A DNA stretch of 64,000 bases, taken from Octopus vulgaris (Eukaryota). The notes beneath the pieces were generated by a model. The model worked only from the letters and a program-made list of their open reading frames with translations, had not been told where the DNA came from and did not search any database. Shown piece by piece: positions 50,344 to 64,000 of the stretch. Position 1 is the first letter of the stretch; each line of letters starts with the position of its first letter. The stretch lies in NCBI GenBank assembly GCA_951406725.2, contig OX597834.1, forward strand, positions 6,200,001-6,264,000, in the 5' to 3' direction. The position numbers and the translations under genes were made by a program.

Positions 50344-50920
50344 TCAGAAATGGCTCTTTCAGTCAGAAGTTTACACTTTTGCATCCATGTAGTGCCTAAG
50401 TCAGTCCCAGTGCGTAGCATCTTGTGCAAGGTATTTCACCATAGCCTCACTTTCAATAGTGCTTGTTGATGAAAGGAAACTGTGCTGAAGCTCTCACAGA
50501 TAAATCTTTTATCTCTTACATGTTTTAGTCCTTAGACTTCAACTATGCTGGGCACTGCTTTTAAAAGTTTTAGTCAAACAAATCGACCCTAGTACTTAAC
50601 TTTTAACCCAAGTACTTATTCTATCAGTCTCTTTTCCCAAACCTCTAAGTTATGGGGATCTAAACACACTAACACAGGTCGTCAAGTGGTAGTGGAACAA
50701 CAAGCACACACACACACACACACACACGTACACGCACACACATACAGGCGTTCATAAATTATCTTAACACTTTCCACAATTTATTGTGTCTGTCAAAGTT
50801 GAGACCGTCTAGATGTTTTGCATATGATCAATGGAGCCCATGTGGAAGTGTTCTGGTTTTTCTAATAAAACACCAGATATGTTTACTGGAAATCTGGGTT
50901 CAAGTCACATAGGCAGCTTT

Positions 50921-51255
50921 TCATCATCATCAGTTAATGTCCGTTTTCCATGCTGGCATGGTTTGGATGGTTTGACTGAAAACTGGTAAGCTAGGGATCT
51001 GTACCAGGTTCCAATCTGATTTGGCATGGTTTTTACAGCTGGATGTCCTTCCTAATGCCAACCACTCAAAGAGTGTAGTGGATGCTTTTTCCTCGTTACC
51101 AGCATGGATGCCAGTTATGAAACACCAACATCGGCCATAACTATGATCTCATTTGGCTTGACTGGTCTTCTCAAGCACAGTATATTTCCAAAGGTCTCGG
51201 TCACTTGTCATCACCTCCGTGAGGCCCAACGTTTGAAGAGCATGCTTCTTCACCT
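50921..51255 (-). mobile_element. SINE-like family C variant
   Basis: TACAGCTGGATGTCCTTCCTAATGCCAACC; (CAT)n tail. Confidence 0.8.
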
Positions 51256-51373
51256 TTGAATTTTTCAAATCAAAGAGATTTTTAGCCAAATATTTACATG
51301 CTTCTATTTACAACTTTATCTGTGTCAAGATTCACCATTCCAAAATAGAACATATAAATAAATACACGCATAC

Positions 51374-51411
<38 letters not shown>

Positions 51412-51413
<2 letters not shown>

Positions 51414-51624
51414 AATGTGACCGCGTGTGCACCGTTGGCAATTTTTTTCCCTCCATCTTCCTTTCTCTGGTTCTTTCCTTTTCCTATGTTTCTGACGAAG
51501 AGCCCTGCTCGAAACGTAAAACCCTCCTTCTTCCCTTCCTTCCTGAGCCTCCAATAATACTTCATTTGTTTCACATCCTCATGTTGTTGTGTTTTCTCTT
51601 TGTGTTTTCATGTTTGGATTAACT
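51412..51624 (+). mobile_element. ~210-bp HHR-bearing element (family H) flanked by (TA)n
   Basis: Second full copy at 41868-42078; 3' fragments at 30761 and 60560. Confidence 0.85.
51488..51522 (+). ncRNA. 35-nt minimal hammerhead with an extra A and loopless palindromic stem III
   Basis: GTTT CTGACGA A GAGC cct GCTC GAAA CG TA AAAC. Confidence 0.82.
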
Positions 51625-51794
51625 ATATATATATATATATATACACACATACATATATATTTCTAATAAGTTGTAGAGTACTCTCTGTGAAAATAATTCA
51701 ATTAGATTAAGACAATTGTGTAACAGTCCTGCACATCTAATTAGCATACACACACACACACACTCTCACACACACACACTCTCACACACACACA

Positions 51795-51842
<48 letters not shown>

Positions 51843-52479
51843 TACACATACACATAAGATTATGTGTTCACATGCAAACTTTTATACTTGGAAATCTCTG
51901 AGATAAACTTTTCAGTACTACATAAGCACACACATATACATCCCACCAGATAACCTGTACCTAAACACAACCACAAACACACACACACACACACACACAA
52001 CCCTTTACTGTCCTACACATAGACATGGTATATAATTCCTTCCTTCAACGACCTCTACTTCACAACGACCCCCATCCACACACACACACACAAACATACA
52101 TAGACACAGAAATATAGACACAAATAATTGCTAGTTATGAAAATGATGATTGGAAATTTTGAATTTTTGTTGCAACAACACGCTGCCAGAAGTAATTTCT
52201 GAATTCTTTGAATGCCATGTTCAACTGTATGCCCCCATAAATTTACGAAATAATGGCAAAGATATCAAAGGATTTTTGTTCTAAATTCGAATTGACACAC
52301 CTCTTTCCCCCAGGTGATGAAATAGTAACTTCTTCACAGCTTTCAAAATCTTAATGAAAAGAACTTTATTGTGTGTTCACTTTAATTTCCCTCGCTGCGG
52401 TCTTCGCAAAACTTTCCTACCCGCAAAAGCTGAGGTAATTGCAAATTCCACACCATCTCATTGTTAGACAGAATCATCA

Positions 52480-52931
52480 TCTTCATTTACTGTAATCATC
52501 ATCGCCATCATCATCATCTTTGCCTTCATCCACACCATCACATTCATCATCATCATCTTCGTCATCGTCGTCGTTATCATCATCTTTGTCATCATCATTG
52601 TCAGTATGATTATCGGCAATTACTGTTGCTATCATTGTCATCATCATCATCATCATCATCATCGTGATCATCATCATCATCATCATCATCGTCATCGTCA
52701 TCGTCATCATCATCATCGTCATCGTCATTGTCATCGTCATCATCATCATCATCGTCATCGTCATCGTCATCATCATCATCGTCATCGTCATTGTCATCGT
52801 CATCATCATCATCATCGTCATCGTCATCGTCATCGTCATCATCATCATCGTCATCGTCATCATCATCATCGTCGTCATCGTCATCATCATCGTCGTCATC
52901 ATCATCATCATCGTCATCGTCATCGTCATCG

Positions 52932-52969
<38 letters not shown>

Positions 52970-53096
52970 GTCATCGTCATCGTCATCATCATCATCGTCA
53001 TCGTCATTGTCATCGTCATCATCATCGTCATCGTCATCGTCATCATCATCATCGTCATCGTCATCATCATCATCGTCATCATCATCATCGTCATCG

Positions 53097-53129
<33 letters not shown>

Positions 53130-53710
53130 ACAACATTTTTGTTATCATCATCATCATCACCACAACCCTCACTGCATCCACTACTGCTGCCACCTCCACC
53201 ACTGCTGCCGCCTCTGCCACTGCTGCCACTGTCATCAGTCGTCATCATGACCTTCATCGTCACCATTACACTCATCATCATCATCACCATCATCATCATT
53301 ATCATCATTGTCGTCATTATCATCATCATCATCATTATCATCATCATCATCATCATCATTATCATCATTTTCATCATTATCGTCATGATCATCATCATCA
53401 TCATTATCATCATTACCATCATTGTTATCATCATCATCATTATCATCGTCATCATGATTATCAGTAATCATTGATGATCATCATCATCATCATTTTCATC
53501 ATTACCATCATTGTTATCATCATCATCATTATCATCGTCATCATGATTATCAGTAATCATTGATGACATCATCGCCATCCTTGTTGTTGTCATCCTTATC
53601 ATCATAATCATCATCAACATTGTCATCGTCGTCATCATCATCATCATTATCATCATCATCCTCCCCATCCTCATCATCCTCACCACCACCACCACTACCC
53701 TCATCAAATT
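52480..53710. repeat. (CAT/CGT)n microsatellite block
   Basis: Direct reading. Confidence 0.96.
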
Positions 53711-54288
53711 CATTGCTGCAGCTGCGGCCACTGACACCTCCATCCGTCATCATCAAGCTACTTCCTTTGCATTTTCCTCCTCTACCACATCCTCTTCAAA
53801 CTATTCATCTCTTCCTCTTCTTCTGGACTTCTTTCATTTTTTTAAAAATCCCTTCCCTCCCTCCACTTCCCCCCTCTTCCACTACATCCTTCTCTTTTCT
53901 TCTCTTCCCCGCTTTCCCGTTTTTCTGTTTCCCCTTTTCCGTTCCCCATCTCCTCCACAAAATCCTTTTTTCACTCTTAACGTTTTCTTTTTCCTGTTCA
54001 TTCTTCAAAATAATGACTTCCCCCAAGGAATGAAAAAAGAAAATGAAAGAAGAAGAAGAATTTTGTGTTTTCTTCCCAATTTCTTCCATTTCCTTATCTT
54101 CTCTCATATTCTCTCAATGTTTTTATAGCTATATATTTGTGTGTGTGTGTGTGTGTGTGTGTGTATTAGCATGGAACGTGGACATTAAATGATGATGATG
54201 ATGATGCGTGTATGTATGAATGTATGCACGTATGTTTATACACACATATATATTTACATACATAAATATTTGCATATATATATATGTG

Positions 54289-54347
<59 letters not shown>

Positions 54348-55129
54348 TTATATATACACACATACACACACACATTTACATACATATTTCTAAACATCTA
54401 TCTATCTATTTATCCTTCTAGAAATATAGTGTGTGTGTGTGTGTACATGTGTCTGTGTATGTGTGTATATGTGTATGTATGTATGCAAATCAGATATAAA
54501 AACAAAAGCAACAAAAAGTCAACATGATGTACACAATGAATGTATTAGGCTGATGCTCGGAGAAAGTTTAAGATGGAAAAAAAAGTGGGGTGTGACATTT
54601 CGAGAATATATGTATGCATGTATATACTTACTTACACACACACACACACACAAGTAAAGATTGGAGCCCATCAATATTCTAGTAACGAACTTACACACAA
54701 CAATTTTGTCACAAACGATTGCCCAACCAATTCGTTACCACAGCTCTGACATACAGGCTATTTCACCCATCAACTCATATTTTCCTAACTAGTTTTTTTC
54801 CCCCCTTTCAAACTTTTTACTAAGTCTCCTTGTTCCTTTGTTTCTTCTGCAGAACCTTTTTTCATTTCCACATTATATAAACTGTATCCTTTGAAATTTA
54901 CTGGCCTGTCATGCTTTTTTTGTAAAAAAAATAGAATATATATATAATGAGGCTGAAATTTTTATCATTTCTGGATGAACAGTAATTTTAAACAAAAACT
55001 GACTATAATGTAATTCGTTTAAGAAATACTGGATCTCAAAGCAAATAAAGATATAAATAATGTCTAAATATTGAGTTATAATCTCTTTGGAGAGAAAAAA
55101 GTTGAAGGCTGCCTGTGGGAGATGAATAT

Positions 55130-55860
55130 AATAAATTAAATAACATATAAAATATATTGTAATATATCAAATGTAATAGCGTATATAAAATATATATGAA
55201 ATATATAATGATATATAATATATAAAATATGATATAATATAGAAAACAAAATATATAAAATAAAATATATTATAAAAAATAGAATATAATATATAAGATT
55301 TAATTAAGCATATAAAATATAATGCAGGGTATAAAATATAATTATATAATATATAAATATATAATATAAATACATAATATAATATATAAGTATATAAATA
55401 TATAAAATATGATATAATATAGAAAATGAAATATATGAAATAAAATATATTATAAAAAATATATGATATATAAAATTTAATAAAGCATATAACATATAAT
55501 GCAGGATATAAAATAAAAATATATAATATAATATATAAATATATAAATATATTAAATAAAAATATATAATATAATATATAAATATATAAATATATAAAAT
55601 AAAAATATATAAATATAATATATAAATATATAAATATATAAAATAAAAATATATAATATAATATATAAATATATAAATATATAAAATAAAAATATATAAA
55701 TATAATATATAAATATATAAATATAAAATATTTATAAGATAATATGATATACAAAATATAATATAATATATAAAATGAAATATATAAAATTTAATATAAT
55801 GTATAAAATATAGTGTATAAAATATAATACAAAAAAGATAATGTGATATGAAAAATATAA
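55130..55860. repeat. AT-rich degenerate tandem repeat
   Basis: Direct reading; internal duplications. Confidence 0.9.
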
Positions 55861-56139
55861 TAATAGAAATAACACTTAGCTTGTGGAAACCCATTTTTGC
55901 TATTTAATGCATAAAAAAGGAGTGTTATATTTACTATTCACTCAGCTCTTGTAATGTCGAAATTTTGTCAAACCTCTCTGGCATGACATTCGTGGCACTT
56001 CCGCAATGTAATTGCTTCAGTTTCAGCTGAAGGTCTCAGGTGAAGTTCGTTGTCAGAAAAGGTGCCACCGAAAATAAATTGTTACAAAATATCAAAGTAG
56101 TTAACACTTATATTTGCGCATATACGTTTATTTATGTGT

Positions 56140-56170
56140 ATAAATCTATATGCATACATATATATGTATA

Positions 56171-56233
<63 letters not shown>

Positions 56234-56256
56234 ATATATATATGTATATATATATA

Positions 56257-56312
<56 letters not shown>

Positions 56313-56449
56313 TATATATATATATATATAATATATATACATATATATACATAGAGAGAGAAAGAGAGACAGAGAAAGAGCAGTCCTCCTTCTATACATA
56401 TATACATATAATCACACATCTAGCTATCTATCTATACATACATACATAA

Positions 56450-56523
<74 letters not shown>

Positions 56524-56560
56524 AACACATACACATGTACATATATATATATATCAATCA
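56140..56560. repeat. (TA)n microsatellite
   Basis: Direct reading. Confidence 0.95.
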
Positions 56561-56677
56561 TCAATCTACATACACACACACAGAGGGTGTGTAGGCTATT
56601 TGAGAACATGACATTTTTTTTTTAGTTGTCACTGTTTTTAAATTAACTTTATGTCATTTACGTTTCAGAAAATAATA

Positions 56678-56960
56678 ATGGCAGACACTCAGCTTACTCA
56701 AGAAATGAAGAGGCTGCTAGCTGTAATTATGGCCTTAAAGGCTGAGCATAACAATTTAGAGACAAGTCAGTTTTTAAAAGTCACCTGTTCTTTCATCTAC
56801 ATAGTTTGCAATAAGTTAAAGGCCTTGGATGGAAAGGTATCACCAGTATCAAAACACAAAGCGCATCCCCAACACTCTGGTATCCTCAGAATATCCAAAT
56901 TTCTTCAATAAGTTCAGCAGATCATTGTCAGGAAAGAACCCAAATCCATGAGATCAACCT
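56678..56960 (+). pseudogene. Tc1/mariner (maT-like) transposase N-terminal fragment
   Basis: EMKRLLAVIMALKAEHNNLETSQFLKV..SFIY.V.NKL...R..KFLQ*VQQII...PKSMRS; resembles the N-terminus of the 60998 element (IDNDPSKLIRS). Confidence 0.65.
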
Positions 56961-57595
56961 GGAAAACTACATTGCATGGAAACAATTGTAGTAATCACAA
57001 ATAAATGTCCAACTGTACTCCCTCTTGTTGACTCCAACTTATTCAACTATAAAGAGTGAAACCGGTAAAGTAAATAAACATCTTTTAAAATTGCATTTTC
57101 AAACCTTCTTTCATATATATATATATATATATATATATGAGTTTAGCAAAAATTTAGATTCAAATAAATATGGTACTTAATTTAGATGCACCAGAATTCT
57201 GTATGGTGTTATCCATAAAAATTTGTGGGGTTGTAAGAATTAGCACTTCCTTCTCAAAGCTTGGATTCGAAATCAGACCCAAGAATCATTGGTCGTAAAA
57301 TACCAATGCACAAAAAGGCGCAAAATCAGAATCTCTTTGTTCTGACAAAAAATGATGGATCGTCTCCTTTCGACCTCTGACCCGAGCAGGTCAGACGAAG
57401 TTTAACAGGACGACCAGCGACCTACTGTACGCGATAACACTCTTGCGGTATATCTATTTTTCTGGCTATTTGAGATGTTATAAATAGAACGGAGAAATAG
57501 GTATCTGCAGAGAACCCGAACCAACGTTTAAGAGAACGCCACGCATTTATGAGGACGACGAAAGAATAATCAGAAAGGTGACTCTGTCATGCATG

Positions 57596-57627
<32 letters not shown>

Positions 57628-58488
57628 CATCAAACATATTCTGCTTTAATGTGTATCATGTATTATGCATTCCTTTAATATGTATTATTTGCAACCACTA
57701 TTTAATATGCATTTTGTACAAGCGATGTGTAGCATTGCTTACAAATTGATGTAGTGATAATAAATCTTTAATTTATTACAAAGCACTTATGTATTTATTA
57801 ATACATCCACGCATCCACTACAGGGTGATTATAATCAAAATAAGCAACAAGAATGACTCCGGTAATTTGGTACGATCATTTCGTCCTACATCATTTTATT
57901 AAATGTTGTAAGTATTACAACAGTTTTAAAATGCTGAGCACTCATTAGCCAATTATAGAGGTTTTCCATTAATACAAAATATATATATATATTTATAATA
58001 TGAATTATAGAGATAAACACTTGTAAAACACATGTAGCACTTGGTGGGTTTCTGTGATTAGTACCTAGTGAAAGGCTGAAATGAGATGACAAGTGCATTA
58101 CTAGTCAACCCTCTTCAACATGTTGTTAGGTCCTAACCACGGAGACTCAATAAGAGGTACTTGTGTTGTGCAAGCGTTTATTGCTATAATCCAACGATGT
58201 GCAGATGTCTCTTCATGGTGACTTCATTTGTCTTTCCGTCTACTGCAAAATCTACGGCGGTGGAGGAATGGCAATGTATGCAGACCAGTTGGAATCACAT
58301 TGTAATTTACAACCTTTGTCTGTCATCTATGCTTCAAACCATGGCAGATATGCAGAGGGCCTGGATAGTTATGTGAGAGAGGTCAAGGATGGGAAGTCAA
58401 GGAAGCCCCAAAAGACACCAGTCATCTGAGTAGCAGTCACCACAGGCATACTATCTACAGCAATCACCATATACATACATGCATATAT

Positions 58489-58920
58489 ACTCTTTACTCT
58501 TTTACTCTTTTACTTGTTTCAGTCATTTGACTGTGGCTATGCTGGAGCACCGCCTTTAGTCGAGCAAATCGACCCTGGGACTTATTCTTTTGTAAGCCCA
58601 GTACTTATTCTATCGGTCTCTTTTTGCTGAACCGCTAAATGACGGGGACATAAACACACCAGCATCGGTTGTCAAGCAACGTTTGGGGGACAAACACAGA
58701 CACACAAACACACACATACATATATATATAATGAGAATGAGAATATACACATATATGCGACAGGCTTCTTTCAGTTTCCGTCTACCAAATCCACTCACAA
58801 GGCACTGGTCGGCCTGGGGCTATAGCAGAAGACACTTGCCCAAGATGCCATGCAGTGGGACTGAACCCGGAACCATGTGGCTGGTTAGCAAGCTACTTAC
58901 CACACAGCCACTCTTGCGCC
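58489..58920 (-). mobile_element. SINE family A
   Basis: Full-length reverse-complement match. Confidence 0.92.
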
Positions 58921-58989
58921 TATGTGCAAACATGTGCATATATTTGTGTGTAATTACAAGGAACTTTAAAATCTTAATAAGGTTTAATA

Positions 58990-59203
58990 TGAGAGGATGC
59001 TGGAAAGTTCCTGGCTTTAAGGGTTCAATGAAAAGCCTGGTTGGAGCCCCAACATTCCAAGTTATATAATGCTTAGAAAAACTGAAGGGCCGCTGCAATG
59101 ATTGTGTGAATCTGAGAGGGGAACATGTTGAATAAAATCATAAAGAATTGATCCTCCTGTATTTTCTTTTATCCAAAGCCAGGAACTTTTCAGCATCCTC
59201 TCA
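58990..59203 (+). mobile_element. Mariner-derived MITE
   Basis: ~29-bp TIRs TGAGAGGATGCTG(G/A)AAAGTTCCTGGCTTT, TA flanks; internal LEKLKGRCNDCVNLRGEHVE*, a transposase C-terminus. Confidence 0.9.
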
Positions 59204-59224
59204 TATGTAGAATTATTCAGATCT

Positions 59225-59685
59225 GAGACCATAACCTGTGGCCTCTATCTGGGACGTAGCCAGCCCACTTATGCATACCTTTCCTTCTTGTGACACAAAC
59301 CCTACTTGTGAAGACCTGCTGAGGCAAGTGAAAATCGAAATCGAAATCATTCAACATCAATGGAAATTGTAGCTGCGATACCAGTGCCAGTGGCACGTAA
59401 GAGAACCATCCGAACGTGGCCGTTGCCAGCACCGCCCCGACTGGCCTCCGTGCTGGTGACATGTAAAAAGCACCATCCGATTGTGGCCGTTGCCAGCCTC
59501 GTCTGGCCCCCGTGCTGGTGGCACGTAAAAAGCACCCACTACACCCACGGAGTGGTTGGCGTTAGGAAGGTCATCCAGCTGTAGAAACACTGCCAGATTA
59601 GACTGGAACCTGATGCAGCCTCCTGGCTTCCCAGACCCCAGTTGAACCGTCCAACCCATGCTAGCATGGAAAACGGACGTTAAAC

Positions 59686-59717
<32 letters not shown>
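59225..59717 (+). mobile_element. SINE-like family C
   Basis: GGTTGGCGTTAGGAAGG.CATCCAGCTGTAGAAAC; (GAT)n tail. Confidence 0.88.
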
Positions 59718-59719
<2 letters not shown>

Positions 59720-60504
59720 GTTGCATTTTAGAACCAGGTTAAGAACCAAGCCAAACAGTCCAATTATCAAAATATTCCAACCATGACTCTCCCTTCTGAT
59801 TAGTAGTATCATTTCTTGTGTCTTCTTCTTAAGCGTGAGAGTAGAGTTGAGATTTAAGGAAAGTTTGGTTTCACAGCTGTTTCTAACACTTCAAACAGTC
59901 ATGTAGTGACTCCTAGTTGGCTTTCATCAGATAATTCATGAATACCTAAGGCTTGGAGATTGTTGATTACAGGAATATTCAGTAAGCAACCGGTATTATA
60001 CCATTCTAATTTCAAGCGAGCTTTCTTAATGTTTTGCATTTAAATATGCAGTTTCCTGAAGCCATAATCAGCTACTGGCTTAGAAGTTACATACAAAGGT
60101 GAGGTAACAGCATAGATGTTTCAACCTTGATTAGATATAATGGCTGTTCCTTTATTTGATATTTAATTTAATCTTTTCAAGAAGTAAGGAATTTCTTAAA
60201 ATAATTGCTGCCGGGCATTTCTGGAAACCTCAACAGAATTTTGTAGTCAAGAAGTTTAAGTCACAATTATGCACGTCCATGTTTCGAATATCAAGCATGA
60301 CAAATTTCCACAACAATGATCTCTGTTCAACTGAAGAATTTCCAAGTAAAATTGTGAAGACAGAAACTTTACAAGACATATATTCTACTGTTGCAAAAAC
60401 TGCAGATTGTCAAACCTAAATGGCAGCTTGTATATTATGATCGTTAATGGGATGATATAGTAACTGTATACACACATATGTATATATATCCACGCACACA
60501 CACT

Positions 60505-60540
<36 letters not shown>

Positions 60541-60738
60541 CATATATATATATATATATAAACCCTCCTTCTTTCCTTCTTTCCTGAGCGTCCAATAATA
60601 CTATACTTGTTCCATGTCCTCGCGTTGTGTTTTCTCTTTGTGTTTTCATGTTTGGATATATATATATATGTATATATATATATATGAATATGTGTATATG
60701 TGTAGAAATATATAAATGTATATGCATATATACACATA

Positions 60739-60968
60739 GACGGCGAGCTGGCAGACACGTTAGCGCGCCGGGCAAAATGCTTAGCGGTATTTTGTCTGTC
60801 GTTATGTTCTGAGTTCAAGTTCTTCCAAGGTTGACTTTGCCTTTCATCGTTTCAGGGTCAATAAATAAAGTACCAGTTTTGCACTGGGGTCGATGTAATC
60901 GAATTAGTCCCTTGGTTTGTCCTTGTTTGTCCCCTCTATGTTTAGCCCCTTGTGGGTAGTGAAGAAAT
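60739..60968 (+). mobile_element. SINE family B monomer
   Basis: Head plus one body. Confidence 0.9.
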
Positions 60969-60997
60969 ATACATACACATAGACATATATACATATA

Positions 60998-62402
60998 CAG
61001 GGTGTGGTGAATAAATTGTCGTCTAAATTATGCAAAAATAAAAATAGCACTGACATCTCATTTTAACAGATATATTTGCCAAAATTACTTTAAAATATCT
61101 TGAAATACTACACAGTAAATTTTTCAATAAAATCGCCATTGGCTTCATCCACAGGCTCCAGACGATATCAGAATCTCCTGCAACTTTTCTGGATGGCCTC
61201 CTTGTTTAAGTTGGTGAATGCTGCCATAATACTTGCCTTCAGTTAATCTTTGGTGTTACAAGGAGTTTTGTTGGTCACTTGCTCAACTGTGCCTCACACA
61301 TAATTAAGGGGGTTGCAGTCTGGGGAGTTACGTGGTCAGGCATTAGGGGTGAAGTGGTTGTAGAAATTGTCTAACTGGATTCTCCTGCTTGTGTGGCATG
61401 GTGCAGAGTCCTGTTGCCAGACATAGGGTCTTCCAGCAGCCACCCTCTTGGCCTAGAGCAGCACAAGCCCCACCAGGCACATGATGTAGGCCTCTGTGTT
61501 GAGTGTGAGGCTGTGTGGGAAGATGAATGGAGGCATAACATTGCCATCACCAGTGATCACTCCAAACACTGAGTTGTCATCTGGATGTTTGATTCTTTTA
61601 TCACTCTCAGTACATGTTTTGGTGACACGGCAAGCCATCAGTTGTTCTGTGTGTTCAGCATCTGATCCTGACAGAAATTTTGTTGGAGGGAACACTTGAG
61701 CTTGTTCGAAAGCTTTGCAGCACAGTCATTCATCTTGTCCTTGATGGCTTGGGATAAAAACTGGCCCTTTCTCATCTTGTATGAGGAATACTGAATGTCT
61801 TCATGCACTACCTGCTTGATAAGAAACTCAGACACTTCCATGTCCCTGGCGATTGACCTGATTAACTTGGAGGGATCGTTGTCAATCATTACCAGAGGGC
61901 GCACACTCTCCTACTCTGATGTAATCTCCAGGGATACAAGCATCCAGCAACAGGACCTCCATAATGCTATGATGGACCGTGAAGTCTGGCGTAGCATGGT
62001 AAATTCCATTGTCTCGACCACGGTCGAACAATGATGTCAATCATTGCCCGGGTCTCACCAACAAATTCAGGAGTTCTTTCCTTAACAGAACAGAGTGAGT
62101 TTTCTGAGTTGCTGTACCTTCATAATCACCATTAGACTCATCCAACTCTTTCTGAATCCTCTGCACTCTCCTCAGATCAACACCCAAACACTCTGAAATA
62201 TTCATATTGGAGCTTTCGACATGAATGCCAGCATGTCATTTCCAAATTTCTGGCTGAGTGAATTATGTCATAGTGCTGTTTTTCTCACAGACAGTGCCCA
62301 ACTGACCCTACTATACTGTGTAGTCAACAAAATTTAAAACAAACAATGCACATGCGTAAAATTAAAAATATAAGATGGCAACAATTTACCCATCACACCC
62401 TG
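60998..62402 (-). mobile_element. Full-span but degraded Tc1/mariner DD37D (maT-like) transposon
   Basis: TIRs CAGGGTGTG(G/A)TG..TAAATTGT, TA flanks; IRSIARDMEVSEFLIKQVVHEDI; VFGVITGDGNVMPPFIF; YVWQQDSAPCHT; NSPDCNPLNY. Confidence 0.9.
61891..62034 (+). mobile_element. RTE 3' fragment (same family as 10708) nested in the maT transposase
   Basis: Near-identical to 11047-11190; 11-bp TSD TGTCAATCATT (61880-61890 / 62035-62045). Confidence 0.93.
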
Positions 62403-63182
62403 TATATATATCTATAATATAAATTGGATATTGGTGAACGTTGTATTCTTTCTTGTCTTGAGGTTCACAGCCGGCATATACCATTTCGCTAGCAACAAGG
62501 GAAGTACAGGATGACAGTCAGCCAAAACTTTCGCTATGCTGGATCGCTTCTTTCACCGCTTTGTGGAGCTAATAATCTTCATCTTTAGTTACAGTTTCTC
62601 AGTCAAACTACATAATAGGCAGAATTGTCAGATTAAGACAGTTGGGGTTTCTGAGGGAGATTTGGCTGCTATTTCTAACAGGTCTAGCTACGATGTAGAG
62701 GTCTGAAGTTAATTTTCATTCACATATTTGCATTTCAAAAATTTAACATAATTTTTTCCATAAATCAACTACTGTAAAAATTTTCTACCATGACCTCGCA
62801 TTTTCTATGTATGTGTGTGTACCTTAAAAGACGTGATTAGACAAAGTTCCAATAGAATAGCTCTCAGAAACAGACCACGTACAAATTCTTTCTTTACAAC
62901 TCCTGAAGCTGTTTTCTGACAAGTTGGGTGATTGGGGGCAGGAAATTATATCTGGAGGGAAATTTGTATGTATCTGCACAGGTATAAATACTCTTTTCTG
63001 GTATTCACATATATATACTCACTTCACTACTTTTTATGTGCAGTCCTACTGTGAAAATTTCCACATGTGAATACACGTACTGACCTGCTCTCATGCTTGC
63101 TCCTATTTTGTATGTGTTTATACACCTGTGTGTATGTTTATATATATACATATGCATATGAATATATTGCAATGTGTTTATG

Positions 63183-63223
<41 letters not shown>

Positions 63224-63228
<5 letters not shown>

Positions 63229-63377
63229 TAAATTAGGGTATCTACGAGATACCACCTTTCATCTTGTCTCTTTGTTTTCTCTCTGTGTTGATATGGAGAA
63301 TTAAGGTGGTTTTAGAATCAGATCATGGCTGCTATTTTCAGCATGGTGGTATCTCGTAGATACCCTAATTTATAATT
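63224..63377. repeat. Perfect 33-bp inverted repeat (63224-63256 / 63345-63377)
   Basis: AATTATAAATTAGGGTATCTACGAGATACCACC and its reverse complement. Confidence 0.93.
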
Positions 63378-63600
63378 TTAATAATTATTACCTTTGAAGG
63401 TTATTTTTTCCATGCTGACCACTTGATAAAATCGTTATTTTATTTTTAAATTACTGATCTTATCCTTATACATATATATATATCATATATATATGTTGCC
63501 GGTATAGTTTGTGTCTGTGCAGAGGTTTGAAAAGTTAGGATTTACAAACCGTTAGATCTACATGTGGATCTAGCAGTCTGTGCGTCAGGATGATCAAGGC

Positions 63601-63673
63601 TGTCCCACTGAAGAAACTTGCCTTCAGCGAATATTTTTTGGTGGAAATAGTTAGGAACCGTCGGTCTGGGATA
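63601..63673 (+). ncRNA. Type I hammerhead, partly decayed
   Basis: TGTCCCA CTGAAGA...GAAA...GTC TGGGATA; 7-bp stem I, weak stems II and III. Confidence 0.6.
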
Positions 63674-63772
63674 TAGTTGAGATGGTAAATGTTTTTAATT
63701 TTCATTCCTTTTCTGAATGTATCTCTTTTTGTGTTCTAGCACAACGCTTTCCTATTTGGAAGCCTCTTATTG

Positions 63773-63829
<57 letters not shown>

Positions 63830-64000
63830 AGTGGTCTGGTTTATAAGTATCTGGACTGTTGCCATAGTAACAAAGCCTAAGCATGCAGAGTAAAGCCACT
63901 TGGCAGAGTCTGACATTGAAATCTGATGTGCATGTACACTAACTTTTAACATTCTGCTTCCTACCCCTGTTTACAGCAGTCTTTGGAAGGAAGGTGTGTA

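Noticed and set aside
57340-57590. CpG-rich unique stretch with a TCTGACC/GGTCAGA hairpin
   Set aside because: No recognisable ORF, ribozyme core or second copy in the window
58100-58440. Possible Tc1-like transposase HTH remnant on the - strand
   Set aside because: Only a faint TMKRHLHIVGL resemblance, with several stops
60156-60419. 87-aa non-repetitive ORF
   Set aside because: No recognisable domain, no ATG start and no clear exon boundaries

Overview
AT-rich, microsatellite-laden eukaryotic DNA, intronic or intergenic. The repeat content suggests a coleoid cephalopod, probably Octopus (inference). No intact host protein-coding gene is recognisable, and almost all long ORFs in the track are translated microsatellites or SINEs. 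The window is made of transposable-element debris: at least five SINE or SINE-like families (most with tRNA-derived heads), four Penelope-like (GIY-YIG) retroelement fragments, two R4/Dong-type REL-endonuclease LINEs, RTE and CR1 fragments, DD37D/maT and mariner transposons, a hAT MITE, a Helentron Rep fragment and a short LTR with a PBS. The main hidden signal is RNA structure: more than a dozen hammerhead-ribozyme (HHR) motifs, found by manual reading, inside Penelope-type terminal repeats. They include canonical minimal forms, extra-nucleotide forms, G3:C8 and U3:A8 compensated-core variants, and two diverged copies of an apparently non-circularly permuted (strand order C-B-A, pseudoknotted) hammerhead with covarying stems. 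Two truncated copies of one family begin at the predicted self-cleavage site. All structures were assigned by eye and none has been tested.
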